Positions 9,894 through 20,193 of a stretch of DNA of 64,000 nucleotides are shown here, one piece after another. Within the stretch, counting starts at the first letter, position 1. Each line of letters starts with the position of its first letter. This DNA comes from a virus (Duplodnaviria; Caudoviricetes): positions 9,250 through 73,249 of IMG/VR virus record IMGVR_UViG_3300013121_000054, one strand, 5' to 3'. The notes below the pieces were generated by a model. It saw only the letters and a program-made list of their open reading frames with translations. It ran no database searches and was not told the DNA's origin. The position numbers and the translations under genes were made by a program.

Positions 9894-11678
9894 TTATACC
9901 GCAGTAACGTGCAATGTTTCTTCGCCTGAGCCCATGCTTGTAGTCGGCGGGCTGCTGTTTCCACCAGTCGGTAGCGGGTGAACGTGTGCATTGAACACGC
10001 CCGCCGCCGCCTCTGTAAGCAGCTTGAGGAAGGTGCCACCTGTCGGGCCGACCTTAACATCGCCAGCAGCCACTTGCAACAGACTCGTGCTGTAATGGCT
10101 GCCCCATGATCCAATCTGCATAGTCGAACCATCGATAAAGATATTGCCACTCGCAAACATATTGATCGTAGTTAGCGCACTCAGGGCGCCGAATGTGATG
10201 TGCTGGTTGTCTACATTGAAATCCAGCCCGGTAAAATTGGTTGCCGATTGCGCATATCCAGTGAGCGTCTCTTGCATCGGCACGTTGTATGTGCCGCCTC
10301 TGCCGTCGCTCAGATTTAAGGTGGTAGTGCTATTGCCCAGGATGAGCGCAGAGCCCGACGAGATCCGCGTGACACCACCGCTCACCATATTGGCGGTGCC
10401 GGTCGCGATCTGGGTCATGGTAATGACATTTGTATTCATCAGCGCAGAACGCAGCAAAAGCTGTCCACTGGGAGTATCAGGGCTACCGATATCGCGAATA
10501 CCACTCGATATGCGCACCGTCTGACCACCGATCGATACCGTGGCAGGTGCACCGACCAGATTCGGGATTGTGATCTCATCAGAGCGCATGCCCATCTGAA
10601 TATCGTTACCCTGAAGCTTAAGCACCGAATTTGGTACCAGCCCTGAGGATGGCTGAGCGTTAATGATTATCTGCTCTGAAGTGAGATTAGTCTGTCCAAG
10701 CGGACCATCGACGCGGGTATTGATCGAGTTATATGGCCGGAAGCCTAAACTGCCTTCGTTAAGACCTCTATTGGCAATCAGGTTAATCTGCCCGGCTCGC
10801 TGCGGCACCTGTCCGTCACTGCCGATATCGACGGTGGCGCCAGTCAGTGTGGCGCGCTGCGCACCGCACGCTTGCAAGAGAGTAGCGAACATTGTCAGAT
10901 TTGTGGTGACGCCCTCATAGCCAAAGGTCTGCACCGGTTGGTGCGCTTCCAGGGCGAGCCCGTCTGTTTTGGTGAGTTGCCCCCCGATCAAATCAAGCTC
11001 TGTCTCTGCCTGGATGAAAATGTTGCGACCCGCCTGCTCAGATATGCTGTTCTGCGCATAGATAGCGATGTTGCCAACGTCTGCGCGAATGTTGATGTCA
11101 TTCTCGTGAGAGATCAGATCCATGCGTTTCTGAGCTTCGGCCTTGAACTGATTCTGAGCCTTGAAGAAGATCGAACCAGCGGCGGTGAAATTCATATCCT
11201 TCAGCGCGTTGACATCGAAATCACCCACCGCCTGCATAAAAATATCGCCATTCTCCAGCATCCTGATGATCGAGCCGCGGCTGTGTCTGATTAGCAGCTC
11301 GCCTGGCTTCAGCTTGTTATCGCCGCCGATCTGATCTATGTCTGGCAGTGCTGTAGCGGGTGCCCGCATCGGCGACAAATAAAACATAACAGCGCAAGCA
11401 TAGACCCGCTCATCTCTTTCAAGAATGCAGACAAGAACCGGCTCGCCCTTCTTTGGATAATACTGAATGCCAACCTGGTCACCGGCCCAGATCGAACCAA
11501 GGGGCATCCAGTCTGATATTTCGGCGATATCTGCTGAGTCACGCTGTGTGAGTAGCTCGACCCTGACATGATTGAGCTGCGGATCGTATTCAGCGATCAC
11601 GCCCAGGTGGAATGCGCGATAATCACCCACCGCCTGCACGGCCGCATGTTTCATCTGATGCGCGAATTCTGATGACAT
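9894..11678 (-). CDS. Baseplate central spike (gpV/gp45-like), unusually long
   Basis: N-terminal OB-fold (GVIAEYDP..VRVEL..SDWMPLGS.WAG), long beta-repeat region, C-terminal FNAHVH HxH tip motif. Confidence 0.85.
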   Translation of the reverse strand: MSSEFAHQMKHAAVQAVGDYRAFHLGVIAEYDPQLNHVRVELLTQRDSADIAEISDWMPLGSIWAGDQVGIQYYPKKGEPVLVCILERDERVYACAVMFYLSPMRAPATALPDIDQIGGDNKLKPGELLIRHSRGSIIRMLENGDIFMQAVGDFDVNALKDMNFTAAGSIFFKAQNQFKAEAQKRMDLISHENDINIRADVGNIAIYAQNSISEQAGRNIFIQAETELDLIGGQLTKTDGLALEAHQPVQTFGYEGVTTNLTMFATLLQACGAQRATLTGATVDIGSDGQVPQRAGQINLIANRGLNEGSLGFRPYNSINTRVDGPLGQTNLTSEQIIINAQPSSGLVPNSVLKLQGNDIQMGMRSDEITIPNLVGAPATVSIGGQTVRISSGIRDIGSPDTPSGQLLLRSALMNTNVITMTQIATGTANMVSGGVTRISSGSALILGNSTTTLNLSDGRGGTYNVPMQETLTGYAQSATNFTGLDFNVDNQHITFGALSALTTINMFASGNIFIDGSTMQIGSWGSHYSTSLLQVAAGDVKVGPTGGTFLKLLTEAAAGVFNAHVHPLPTGGNSSPPTTSMGSGEETLHVTAV

Positions 11679-12883
11679 TAGCTGAACAATCCTAGTAAGT
11701 TTTGCAAAGCATCGAGGGTGGCACCGGGTGGAATAGAGAGCGCCTGGAAGCGAGTGAGGAAGCCGTCGCCAGCTCCAAGCTGTGGAATGCCATAGCTGTG
11801 ATTTACGTTCACCACTGTGAAATTCCTGCCTGCCAGCTCATCGAGATCGCCCTGCACGGTCTCGATCAAGTTGATGTTATCCTGCGGTTTCAGGTCTGGG
11901 TAGCCACAGATCACACCATCGATAGTGATTTCTCGCCGAGCGATATCTCGCGCGATCGCCACTGCTTTCTGGTTGCACTGATCTTGCGACAGCCCATGCT
12001 TCTGGAATGTATAAACCGGCACGCCATTGCCAGAGCCACCGGTCGCGCCGACATAGGTACCAGCTTTTAGCGGATTAAACACATTCAGCAGCCCCGAGAC
12101 CCCCTGGTCTTCGCCGACTTGATAGAGACTTGTGCCGCTGCGCTCCAGGCTATTGGGCTTGGTGCTCTTTACCTCGACTCTGAATGTCTTGTTTCTGCGC
12201 GGTGCATACCCGCTGCGCAGATCGAGCAGCGGTATCCCGCCACTGTCTCGATTGCTGATTGTGAGCGGATTCGGCTTCCAAATCATCGATAGAGGCGAGC
12301 TATCCTGCTGCTGTTTGAATACAAGCTCTTTGGCTGGCGTGCAGAAGCACTCAAAGCCAATCTCTTTAGCGAGGCGCTGCAAAATACCCCAGGGCGGCTG
12401 AGCGGGCAGGCTCCTCTTCTGCGGTGGAAGATTCGCGGTGAGTGGATTCGGCGGAGGCATGGGGCTGGGATCGACCAGAGGCGTCATGCCATAGACTCGG
12501 GCTATCTGGCTGGCTATCTGGCTGGGGGTCTCGGTACCGCGCAGCCCCATGCCTTCAAGCGTCCGATTTTCATCCATCAAGAGTGCTGACCAGTCACGCC
12601 CAGTGAGCGTGACCTCATCTTGTAGGTATGCTGTCTCTTTGTGCTCAAAGATCCCGCCAAAGACCTTGCGGGTCGATCTGTCACCATCGGATGCAGTAAT
12701 GCCGATCTCTACCGGCTGTTGCATATCTTGCAGCCTAATGCCCGCCTTCTTGAGCATCGTGCGCGTGGTCTCGATGTTGACTTTGCCCACCGTGCCCAGA
12801 GAACCGGCTTCCACAAGCCATCGAGTAAACTGGAGCGTGATACCACCGATGGTGATCGTGCAGTCTGGCTTGAATACTATCAT
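11678..12883 (-). CDS. Baseplate hub protein (gpD/gp44-like)
   Basis: VTLTGRDWSALLMD, PSQIASQIA..YG, W.ILQ.LA...GFECF; lies before the spike. Confidence 0.85.
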   Translation of the reverse strand: MIVFKPDCTITIGGITLQFTRWLVEAGSLGTVGKVNIETTRTMLKKAGIRLQDMQQPVEIGITASDGDRSTRKVFGGIFEHKETAYLQDEVTLTGRDWSALLMDENRTLEGMGLRGTETPSQIASQIARVYGMTPLVDPSPMPPPNPLTANLPPQKRSLPAQPPWGILQRLAKEIGFECFCTPAKELVFKQQQDSSPLSMIWKPNPLTISNRDSGGIPLLDLRSGYAPRRNKTFRVEVKSTKPNSLERSGTSLYQVGEDQGVSGLLNVFNPLKAGTYVGATGGSGNGVPVYTFQKHGLSQDQCNQKAVAIARDIARREITIDGVICGYPDLKPQDNINLIETVQGDLDELAGRNFTVVNVNHSYGIPQLGAGDGFLTRFQALSIPPGATLDALQNLLGLFS

Positions 12884-13338
12884 TTGAAGAGCGTCGGATC
12901 GGGTGGAGCAGGTTGCGCAGGGTTGAGCGGTATCACAATGTCATAGTCGCCAGCAGGCGGAATGGGATCGGAAAGCCCGCTAGAATCAGCGATCACGGTC
13001 CAGAGCGTAGGGTCTTCGTATGCAATCGCAGCCTCTAAAAACAGATTCGGATCGGTGCGCTTCACCGTGCTGGAGAGCTTCACGTCATTCAGCAAAAGAT
13101 TTCTGATGATCTTGAGGAGTGAGACCATCTGGATAGTAGACTCGGCGGTCTCGGCATCGGGGCTGTAGTTGAGCGGTGTCAGCTCCACGATGATCAGCGT
13201 CGCCTCGCCAGCCAGGGTCGCGCGCGACTCGGGTGGCATCGCCTCCACCAGCCCGCCGCTCGACCTGAGCACCGCGTTATAGCTCTCTCTCAGAGCGTCG
13301 ATCTGGGCACTGATGCTAGCGTTTAGCGTGAAGACCAT
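12880..13338 (-). CDS. Tail tube initiator, LysM/gpX-like
   Basis: LF.EAA..Y.DPT.W.VIA..SGL.DP...LysM-like C-terminus. Confidence 0.7.
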   Translation of the reverse strand: MVFTLNASISAQIDALRESYNAVLRSSGGLVEAMPPESRATLAGEATLIIVELTPLNYSPDAETAESTIQMVSLLKIIRNLLLNDVKLSSTVKRTDPNLFLEAAIAYEDPTLWTVIADSSGLSDPIPPAGDYDIVIPLNPAQPAPPDPTLFK

Positions 13339-13790
13339 TACTGGAAGAGACCTAGCTGAGTGAAGGCATTGTTAATGAGTTGCGTTATACCGCCAGAGCC
13401 ATTGCTGGTGGTTGAGCCAGCGGTGCCTGGATTGTTTTGATCGATCAACGGCCTGAATTCAATCTCGTATTCTATGTAACCGCTGCGCTCGCGCGCTACG
13501 TAGTTTTGCACCACGCCAGTGAATCGATATCCCTGCCAGGTAAGATCAATCTCCTCTGCGTCGATGCGCAGTTGATCCAGGGCTTTCGATCTGTCCTGGG
13601 CATCCTGACCGGTGATAAAGCCTTTCCAGTTGATCTGCTCGGGCGCATAAGCGCCAAACTTCTGAGCGATCCTGCCGCCACCGGGCACCGGGTGGATAGC
13701 GAGACTCTGGAAGCCACCCAGCGCCAGCTCTTCTGGCGTCTCTTCTTCGGTGAGCTTTACCGACCCAATATTGACTTCAAATAGAGGCAT
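13338..13790 (-). CDS. Tail tube initiator (gpU/DNA-circulation-N-like)
   Basis: Follows the tape measure; I.WKG..G.DA.DR.KALD.LR...L.W..Y motif. Confidence 0.7.
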   Translation of the reverse strand: MPLFEVNIGSVKLTEEETPEELALGGFQSLAIHPVPGGGRIAQKFGAYAPEQINWKGFITGQDAQDRSKALDQLRIDAEEIDLTWQGYRFTGVVQNYVARERSGYIEYEIEFRPLIDQNNPGTAGSTTSNGSGGITQLINNAFTQLGLFQ

Positions 13791-15991
13791 TAGCCTGCGC
13801 CTCCTGCGGTCTGGTAGCTACTGAATGACGTGCCACCGGCATTGACCGTGCCGCCGATCGCTTGCCCCAGATGCTGGGTGAGCTTGCGCAGTACCTGATC
13901 GGCAACCTTGTGCGGATCTGCGCTCGCTGCATGAATGTGGATTCCACCCACATCGACATGCACGCTGCTTGCCTTGCTTGCATTGTTAGATGGCCTGCGA
14001 GCGATCGGAGTAACGATTGGGCGCTCTTGATTCGCCCAGCGATCGAGAGCGCTTGCAATATCAGAGCCGCCATATTTTCTCAGCTCTGAATCACCATACC
14101 GGCCATACGCTTTCTCAGCGTCACCAAGCCAATTCTCCATCCTCGGCAGCGAGAAGTGACCGACCTTGTTAATCCAATCGATCGAGTTATTTATGACACC
14201 GGCAAAGCTCGTGCCGAAGCTCATGAAAGCATTCGCGCCGACCTTGAAAGCATCAGTAAGTGAGCTCCAAATCTTGCGCACGAAATCTAATTCGTGAGCA
14301 AACAAGCCCACCGTACCCTTAATCAGATCTATGTGCTGGTGGAGGAAGCCGGTGATCTTATCCCAGTTGGCGATCGCCAAACCGACACCACCGATCGCCA
14401 GCCCGAGCGCGGCAGTCTGCGGAGTCAGGCGCAAGAAGAGTGGCCCGAGCTTCGCCAGCCAAGGCAGCGCAGTTGTAAGACCCGCTTGCAAAGGCGTCCA
14501 GATAAGATTTAGCCCCATGAAGCCCGCTCTAGTTATGAGAGCAGCGCCGCCAAGAATGAGGGCGCTCGATGCCAATGCAGTCAATGCCACCCCGGCCTGC
14601 ACCAGCCTGGGGTGCTGTTCCGCAAACTTATTGATCGCCACGACAAAGCCATCTATCTTCAGAGCCATCGCGCTAAGCATAGGGATCGCTTGAGTGCCGA
14701 TCGTTGCAAAAAGCGTCTTGGTGTCAGTCTCAAGCTGCGCAAGTCTATTGTGGAGCACCTGCATAAGCTCTTCTTGCATGGTGTTAATGCCACCGCCTGC
14801 GATGGCTTTCTTAACCTTCTCTTGATTGAACAAGAGCTGAGATTGAAACTTCGGATCTGAGAAGATCGCCGCGAACTTGTCGCCAGAGCCAAATGCGTAT
14901 CTGAAGAGCGGCATGAGCATCTCTGCGGGCGCCACATTTGAGCCACCGCTAGCAATAACTCGATTAGCAAATTCGATAGTCTCGGGCGCTTTCTTGCCGA
15001 GCATCGGCGCAAACTTCAGCATCCGCTGCGCCAGCTCCACTCTGCCTGATGCGCTATTGGCTAGCTCACTGGTACCCTCGAGTTTGCGCGCCAGCTCCGA
15101 TATGCTGAGCACCCCATCCTTGAAGACTGTGGAGCGCCCCTGATCATCCCGTATGCCCAGCGCAGAGAGTGCATAGGAAGACTTGCCGCTGAACAGCCCC
15201 GAGCCCATTACACCAGGAATGATCCGCGATAGAACGTTAGCAATATTGTTGCCAGAAAGCGCGCCTCGGGCACCAGCACCGCCACCGCCCGAGGTCTGCA
15301 TCGCGGTCGCTTGCAGGACCATCAAATCTACCGGGTCGATCTTCATGATCCGGCTGCCGAGCGTGTTGACATAGCTGCCCATGGTGGCGAATCCCTTCAT
15401 GCCACCCGGGATCGAAGTCGAAAGAGCTACCGCAGCATTCACGAGCGGTGTCATATCATCCTTCCCGCTTGTGCTAAACCGTCCAAATTGGTGCGCAAGA
15501 GCCGCCATGGTGTGCACGCTGGTCTCGGGTGACTCGCCCGTGGTCAGCTTCAGCACATCAGCACCCTTGGCAAAGAGCGGTAGCAGCTTCTTGATGTCAG
15601 CCATATTTCGGATGCCAGAAGAAGCCATGCCGGCTGCCATGCCTGCGAGGTCGGCCTTGCTGAAGATCGCAGTCTGGTGCGCTACTTCGCTAAGCATTTC
15701 GGAGAAACCAGCCATTTGCTGAGTCGATGAAAGCGTTGCGACCTGCACCCGCTTGATTGCTGTCTCAAGTTTCATGGCTTCCTTGACCGCGATCACGAGC
15801 GGCGCCGCGAGAGTCACACCAGCACCTGCCATCATGAGACCGCTTGAATAAAGCGATTGCACCTTATTGAGCTGCCCTTGCAGTTGCTTTGCAGCAGCAT
15901 CACCCTGCATCAAGCTGGTGGTTACTCCAGCCATGGCGCCAGAGACCTTATTGATCAGCTCGACAGTAATTCCAACAGTGAAGAGATTCAC
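13790..15991 (-). CDS. Tape measure protein
   Basis: 733 aa, Ala/Gly/Leu-rich and helical, with hydrophobic segments; follows the tail chaperones. Confidence 0.9.
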   Translation of the reverse strand: MNLFTVGITVELINKVSGAMAGVTTSLMQGDAAAKQLQGQLNKVQSLYSSGLMMAGAGVTLAAPLVIAVKEAMKLETAIKRVQVATLSSTQQMAGFSEMLSEVAHQTAIFSKADLAGMAAGMASSGIRNMADIKKLLPLFAKGADVLKLTTGESPETSVHTMAALAHQFGRFSTSGKDDMTPLVNAAVALSTSIPGGMKGFATMGSYVNTLGSRIMKIDPVDLMVLQATAMQTSGGGGAGARGALSGNNIANVLSRIIPGVMGSGLFSGKSSYALSALGIRDDQGRSTVFKDGVLSISELARKLEGTSELANSASGRVELAQRMLKFAPMLGKKAPETIEFANRVIASGGSNVAPAEMLMPLFRYAFGSGDKFAAIFSDPKFQSQLLFNQEKVKKAIAGGGINTMQEELMQVLHNRLAQLETDTKTLFATIGTQAIPMLSAMALKIDGFVVAINKFAEQHPRLVQAGVALTALASSALILGGAALITRAGFMGLNLIWTPLQAGLTTALPWLAKLGPLFLRLTPQTAALGLAIGGVGLAIANWDKITGFLHQHIDLIKGTVGLFAHELDFVRKIWSSLTDAFKVGANAFMSFGTSFAGVINNSIDWINKVGHFSLPRMENWLGDAEKAYGRYGDSELRKYGGSDIASALDRWANQERPIVTPIARRPSNNASKASSVHVDVGGIHIHAASADPHKVADQVLRKLTQHLGQAIGGTVNAGGTSFSSYQTAGGAG

Positions 15992-16515
15992 AGCCTAAAG
16001 CCTCCAAGACCAGCCGCATTAAAAGTGCTCTGAAAGCCGGTTATCCCAGCGACCGCAAAAATAGTGGCGCGCTGCTCAAAGCGTGGCACCACTTTCAGGG
16101 CCGCCGGTCCAAATACTGGCCGCGGCGGCATGTTTGCTGTACCCAGCTCGGTGTAAATGACATAGGGCAGCGTGGTGCCAATCTGCACGTTGAGCCGCTT
16201 CTTATCGACCGCATAACTCACATCGTCATGAAAGGCGCCAGTCGCATAGAGTGGTGAATCCGGATTGCCGTTTAGACCTTGCCCGAGTCGCGCCTTCTTC
16301 TCCACTGTCGATGGCGCGAGCGGTGCCCATGCTGGGAATAAACCCAGCGACCCGGCCGCGGGCTGATAGTACCCGATATCACTCTGCACTTGGTCTTTTA
16401 CCGCTTTGCCGACCTCATCCAGCAACTGATTCATCATCGCTGGATATGTTTTCACAGCAGCATGGGTGAGATGCTGGGCGAGGTGCGCGAAGCTGTTAAA
16501 GTGCATTGCCATCAT
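15988..16515 (-). CDS. Tail completion protein (HK97 gp10/gpG-like)
   Basis: WAPLAPST..K....PLYATG....VSY, Y..Y.ELGT.NMPPRPVFGPA. Confidence 0.8.
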   Translation of the reverse strand: MMAMHFNSFAHLAQHLTHAAVKTYPAMMNQLLDEVGKAVKDQVQSDIGYYQPAAGSLGLFPAWAPLAPSTVEKKARLGQGLNGNPDSPLYATGAFHDDVSYAVDKKRLNVQIGTTLPYVIYTELGTANMPPRPVFGPAALKVVPRFEQRATIFAVAGITGFQSTFNAAGLGGFRL

Positions 16516-16521
16516 TCAGCC

Positions 16522-16716
16522 TCAGCCTTTCGGTGGCGGATTAGGTGGCGGATCTGTGACCTCGCCAGTCTCCCAATTGATTATGCGCCCGTTTATGTCC
16601 TCGACAACATACAAGAAAGCCTTGCGCTCGATTTCATCCATCGAGCATGCACTTTTCCAATCTACGCCGCACTGAGCGACCTGCACGCACTCCCTGAAAT
16701 CAGGGTCTTCATACAT
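16522..16716 (-). CDS. Tail assembly chaperone, downstream part (T-like)
   Basis: Small ORF overlapping the chaperone stop, before the tape measure. Confidence 0.65.
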   Translation of the reverse strand: MYEDPDFRECVQVAQCGVDWKSACSMDEIERKAFLYVVEDINGRIINWETGEVTDPPPNPPPKG

Positions 16717-17188
16717 TTTTTTTTACATCGTCCAACTGGACGAAAGCAAAATTCTCTATGAACTTGTGCCCCACAATCTCGGTGCCGTCGTCGCCGAGCT
16801 GATCGGCGATCAGCATGATGTCATCTTTGCTCTGCGGTGGATACAACTGCCTGCCGTTGATCGAGCGCACATACATGAGCGCTCTGGCGATACCCATCGA
16901 GGGATCATCCTGGCACCCTCGATACATCTGCCCGAGCTTAAAATGTAGAGCGCCTTTCGGCCTCGCCATTTCGATCGCTGCGCCATTGGGCAGGCTGAAC
17001 TTGATCACCTGGTGATAATCAGCGCTCGGCTCTGCTGGCACCTGCACTACCTGCTGCGATTGGGATTCTGCACGCTTTGCCTCAATCATTCGCTCTTGTC
17101 TTTCGAGCGCCGCCTCTTGTTCATCGGCGAAGTTAGCTTGATCGCCAGTCTTAATGACTGTGCGCTGGAGTTTCTTGTCTTGCGTCAC
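16709..17188 (-). CDS. Tail assembly chaperone (G-like)
   Basis: Between tube and tape measure; ends in an A9 run. Confidence 0.7.
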   Translation of the reverse strand: MTQDKKLQRTVIKTGDQANFADEQEAALERQERMIEAKRAESQSQQVVQVPAEPSADYHQVIKFSLPNGAAIEMARPKGALHFKLGQMYRGCQDDPSMGIARALMYVRSINGRQLYPPQSKDDIMLIADQLGDDGTEIVGHKFIENFAFVQLDDVKKNV

Positions 17189-17191
17189 GGT

Positions 17192-17650
17192 TTAGCCTCG
17201 CTCTAAATATTGAGCGTCGAACATCAATTCTTGCTCGACCTCTTTATCCGTGATGAAGTGCCCGAAGTCGAAATCGCCGAGCGAGCATCCATACATCACG
17301 TAAGTGTCCTTTGTACCGTCACGATTCTGAATGTCGATCTGCAAATTGAACAGAGGCAGCTCACCCAGATTGAAGAAATCGAGCGCCAACTGAATAGCAA
17401 GATCTGTTAATCTTCCATTCCTGCGCACGAATTTGATTGTGCCGCTCCAGCCGTTCGGGATATGCCGCCTGATCGCGCGCCCGCGAGCGCTGATTGGCTT
17501 GCACTCCAGCTTGGTATTTTGAGCCTTAGCCTGGAAGGACATAACGTGTCCAAGCGTGGTAGCAGCGAAGACCTCCCCGGTATCGATCCGGCTAAAGGTG
17601 ATTGTGCAGTCTTGCCCGACGTTGATGTCATTCGGCAGAAGTGGTGGCAT
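17192..17650 (-). CDS. Tail tube protein
   Basis: 152 aa directly after the sheath; P.GWSGTI.F.R pattern. Confidence 0.85.
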   Translation of the reverse strand: MPPLLPNDINVGQDCTITFSRIDTGEVFAATTLGHVMSFQAKAQNTKLECKPISARGRAIRRHIPNGWSGTIKFVRRNGRLTDLAIQLALDFFNLGELPLFNLQIDIQNRDGTKDTYVMYGCSLGDFDFGHFITDKEVEQELMFDAQYLERG

Positions 17651-17691
17651 TGATAAAACTCCTTTGCTTAATCAGATCGCGCGTCGGAAAC

Positions 17692-19245
17692 CTAGGCCGC
17701 TTGCTGAACTTCTTGAATGGAGATCACACCCAGACCGGCATTGAGAGTGGCGATCAGGTACTTGATGATTCCCATATATTCGACCTTGATCAGCACCCGG
17801 CAGAAGCCGAGTTTCAGATCGTCGATCGTGTTATTGGTCAGGTCGCAGATCGATTGGTGTCCAGCAATCTGATCGTCTGACTTAAGAGACTCGTGGAAAG
17901 TATTGAGCACAGAAACGATCGCAGCCCTGGTGGCATCATCAGACCTGTAGGTCATACGCTCGTGCACAAACGGCCCCAGGATGCCCAGGTAGGAATGCTT
18001 GAGGTAATTTGTCATGCGAGCGAAGGGGATCAGGTTTACCGAGTCATCACTGCTCGTGGTCTGACCGTGGCGCACACCGAAGACCTGACCGCGAGGAATC
18101 GGCTTTGTCACCAGGTTGATGCCATTCGATTCAAGCTGCTCCAGATCGGATTGCCCGTAAGGCGTCGCAGCCTCAGTGGCATAAACACCCTGAACCTGCT
18201 TGTTACCAGGCGATTCACCAGGCCCAAGCGACAGCAAGCGCCCCATAAGAATCGGATCTGGCTGAATCCAGTCTTGGGTCTTATTTACGCTGTCGGCAAC
18301 TTTGCACCAGTCTTTCATGAGCACCACATTCTGAGTGTTCAAGCCGGCTGTCTTCTTCTGCGTCACCGCAGTAGATACACTCGTGCCGAAAGCGCAAGAA
18401 ACGCTGGCAAGCATCTCCTCACTGTCAGCAAGAGCCGCTATCGCCGCCCAGTTGCTATTGCCCGTCACGCCAGCCGCCCAGAAGCCCGAGCAGGGCGGAT
18501 CTTGTGCACGCAGCGCATAAAGCCCTTTGTTCGTGGTGGCATCGCCAATCACATCGGCGGCAGCTACACTGCTGCGTCCATCTGTGCCACCCGTGAGGGT
18601 GAAGGTGCCGAGAGCTGGAGCGATCGCCGAGTTATTCGGCGCGCCCGCAGTGATGTAGTCGCTTGCAGCCTGATTAATAAGACCGCCATTGATTGCCTGC
18701 GCCAAAAGATTCCAGAAGTTGCTGGCACCCGAGCCATCAGTCTTGAGATTCTTGTAAACCTCGACGGTCTGACCATCCCACCGGATGATCGTGACGGTGA
18801 CCGAATTGGTAACCGTGCCTGCTTCCAACTTCACTACAATGCTGTTACCAAGAATTCCGCTGTACTTAGCGGTAAGCGTGATGCCATCAAGCGCAGTGCC
18901 AGATGTCGTATCTTTCAGAGTCTTGCTTGCTTGCGCATCAGTACCATCGGTAACACGCGCCATATACAGTTGCAGCTCGCCCTCGGAAGCCTGCTTAAAG
19001 AACTGCTCCGCCTGCCAGCACAAATCATAGGGATCGGTGAGGCGCAAGGCGCTCACGCCACCAAATAGAGCGGCTGCATCTGCTGGACTTCCGACCAGTG
19101 CGATTGGCGGCCCCCAGGAAGCGGTACCAGCGACGCCACCAGCATTGGTAGGAGTGCGCGATTGCCGCGTGCTGAGTTTCGAGCTCAAGACATAAGCGTT
19201 TGAAGACTTCGGAATGAAAGACGAAGTACCATTGATTAAGGGCAT
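17692..19245 (-). CDS. Tail sheath protein
   Basis: 517 aa; GVAGTASWGP, ARVTDGTD..A, TA.YSG..GN, LTGGTDG, S.SNK-like SPGNK. Confidence 0.92.
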   Translation of the reverse strand: MPLINGTSSFIPKSSNAYVLSSKLSTRQSRTPTNAGGVAGTASWGPPIALVGSPADAAALFGGVSALRLTDPYDLCWQAEQFFKQASEGELQLYMARVTDGTDAQASKTLKDTTSGTALDGITLTAKYSGILGNSIVVKLEAGTVTNSVTVTIIRWDGQTVEVYKNLKTDGSGASNFWNLLAQAINGGLINQAASDYITAGAPNNSAIAPALGTFTLTGGTDGRSSVAAADVIGDATTNKGLYALRAQDPPCSGFWAAGVTGNSNWAAIAALADSEEMLASVSCAFGTSVSTAVTQKKTAGLNTQNVVLMKDWCKVADSVNKTQDWIQPDPILMGRLLSLGPGESPGNKQVQGVYATEAATPYGQSDLEQLESNGINLVTKPIPRGQVFGVRHGQTTSSDDSVNLIPFARMTNYLKHSYLGILGPFVHERMTYRSDDATRAAIVSVLNTFHESLKSDDQIAGHQSICDLTNNTIDDLKLGFCRVLIKVEYMGIIKYLIATLNAGLGVISIQEVQQAA

Positions 19246-19363
19246 TATGTGATTCTCCGAAAGTAGCTAGCTCTGTCCGAGAATCAACTTAGGTTAGGTT
19301 TTTCGCAGGCGCAAAGGTAACTTGTGCGAAAAACAACACAATCGCATCTGGTGGCGCAAAAAC

Positions 19364-20191
19364 TTACTGAAGAGTAAAAAGAGGCGCGAGAATCTCCACA
19401 AGCATCTCTTTGCCCTGGATGTTGTATTCCAGGCTTGCGCGAAAATCTCGACGATAAAGCGATCGATCCTTGTCGGCATCATTGACAGCGCTGCCCTCGT
19501 AGATCACACGCACTGCATCAAGCACATTCGGGTAGACCTCGACATTGAATCCATAGTCGTGCTGGAGTTGCGAGAGAAGAGGCTCAAGGAATTCCGTCAA
19601 GGAATCTCTATCGTCTTCTGAACCAGCCCATGCACTCACCTGGGCGACTGCATACTGGCGATGAATCTGCGGCAGCGCTACGCCAACATTACCAACATTT
19701 ACCTGGAGCCCAGGCATGGCATCGCTAAGCGTGATCACTGCACCGGCTGCTGAAGCTGTGAGGTAGTTGCTCAGGTCGGCACTGATTGCCGCTGCCAGCT
19801 TTGCAGCAAAAGATGAGAGGGTCTCGCCGCTTGCCGCTCTCACGGCCGTGGCGCGTTGCTGTCTTGGAAACAGTACGGCGATCCCATCATTCTCGATCAC
19901 GCCATTGCTGAGCGTTATAGTCATTAGGTCGTCACTGAGCGTCGCGCGCACCTCTGCCGGTGTCATTACCTGGGCGAGATCGGCGGCTTTCCACCTGGTG
20001 ACATTTCGAGAAAATCCAGTGTCAACAACACTGATCAAAGTTTCATCGCCGCCCGAAACTTGATCAAGGCATTCTTTGGGTGGCCAGCCCCGCGCTACTC
20101 CCACCTTGGTATCTTTCAGGGTATCGAACTGCGCCAGACCGGCCTTGATCTGGCTTACCAATCCATCGAGCGCTTTGTTTATGGTTGCCAT
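19364..20191 (-). CDS. Tail terminator/neck protein with an inserted beta-sandwich-like domain
   Basis: Upstream of the sheath; V.RGWP, C-terminal LYRRDF...EY. Confidence 0.7.
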   Translation of the reverse strand: MATINKALDGLVSQIKAGLAQFDTLKDTKVGVARGWPPKECLDQVSGGDETLISVVDTGFSRNVTRWKAADLAQVMTPAEVRATLSDDLMTITLSNGVIENDGIAVLFPRQQRATAVRAASGETLSSFAAKLAAAISADLSNYLTASAAGAVITLSDAMPGLQVNVGNVGVALPQIHRQYAVAQVSAWAGSEDDRDSLTEFLEPLLSQLQHDYGFNVEVYPNVLDAVRVIYEGSAVNDADKDRSLYRRDFRASLEYNIQGKEMLVEILAPLFTLQ

Positions 20192-20193
20192 AT

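Noticed and set aside
6975-19320. Shared 12-mer GCGCAAAGGTAA as a possible late-promoter motif
   Set aside because: One copy is coding (TFTFAQ), and 12-bp matches are expected by chance many times in 64 kb.
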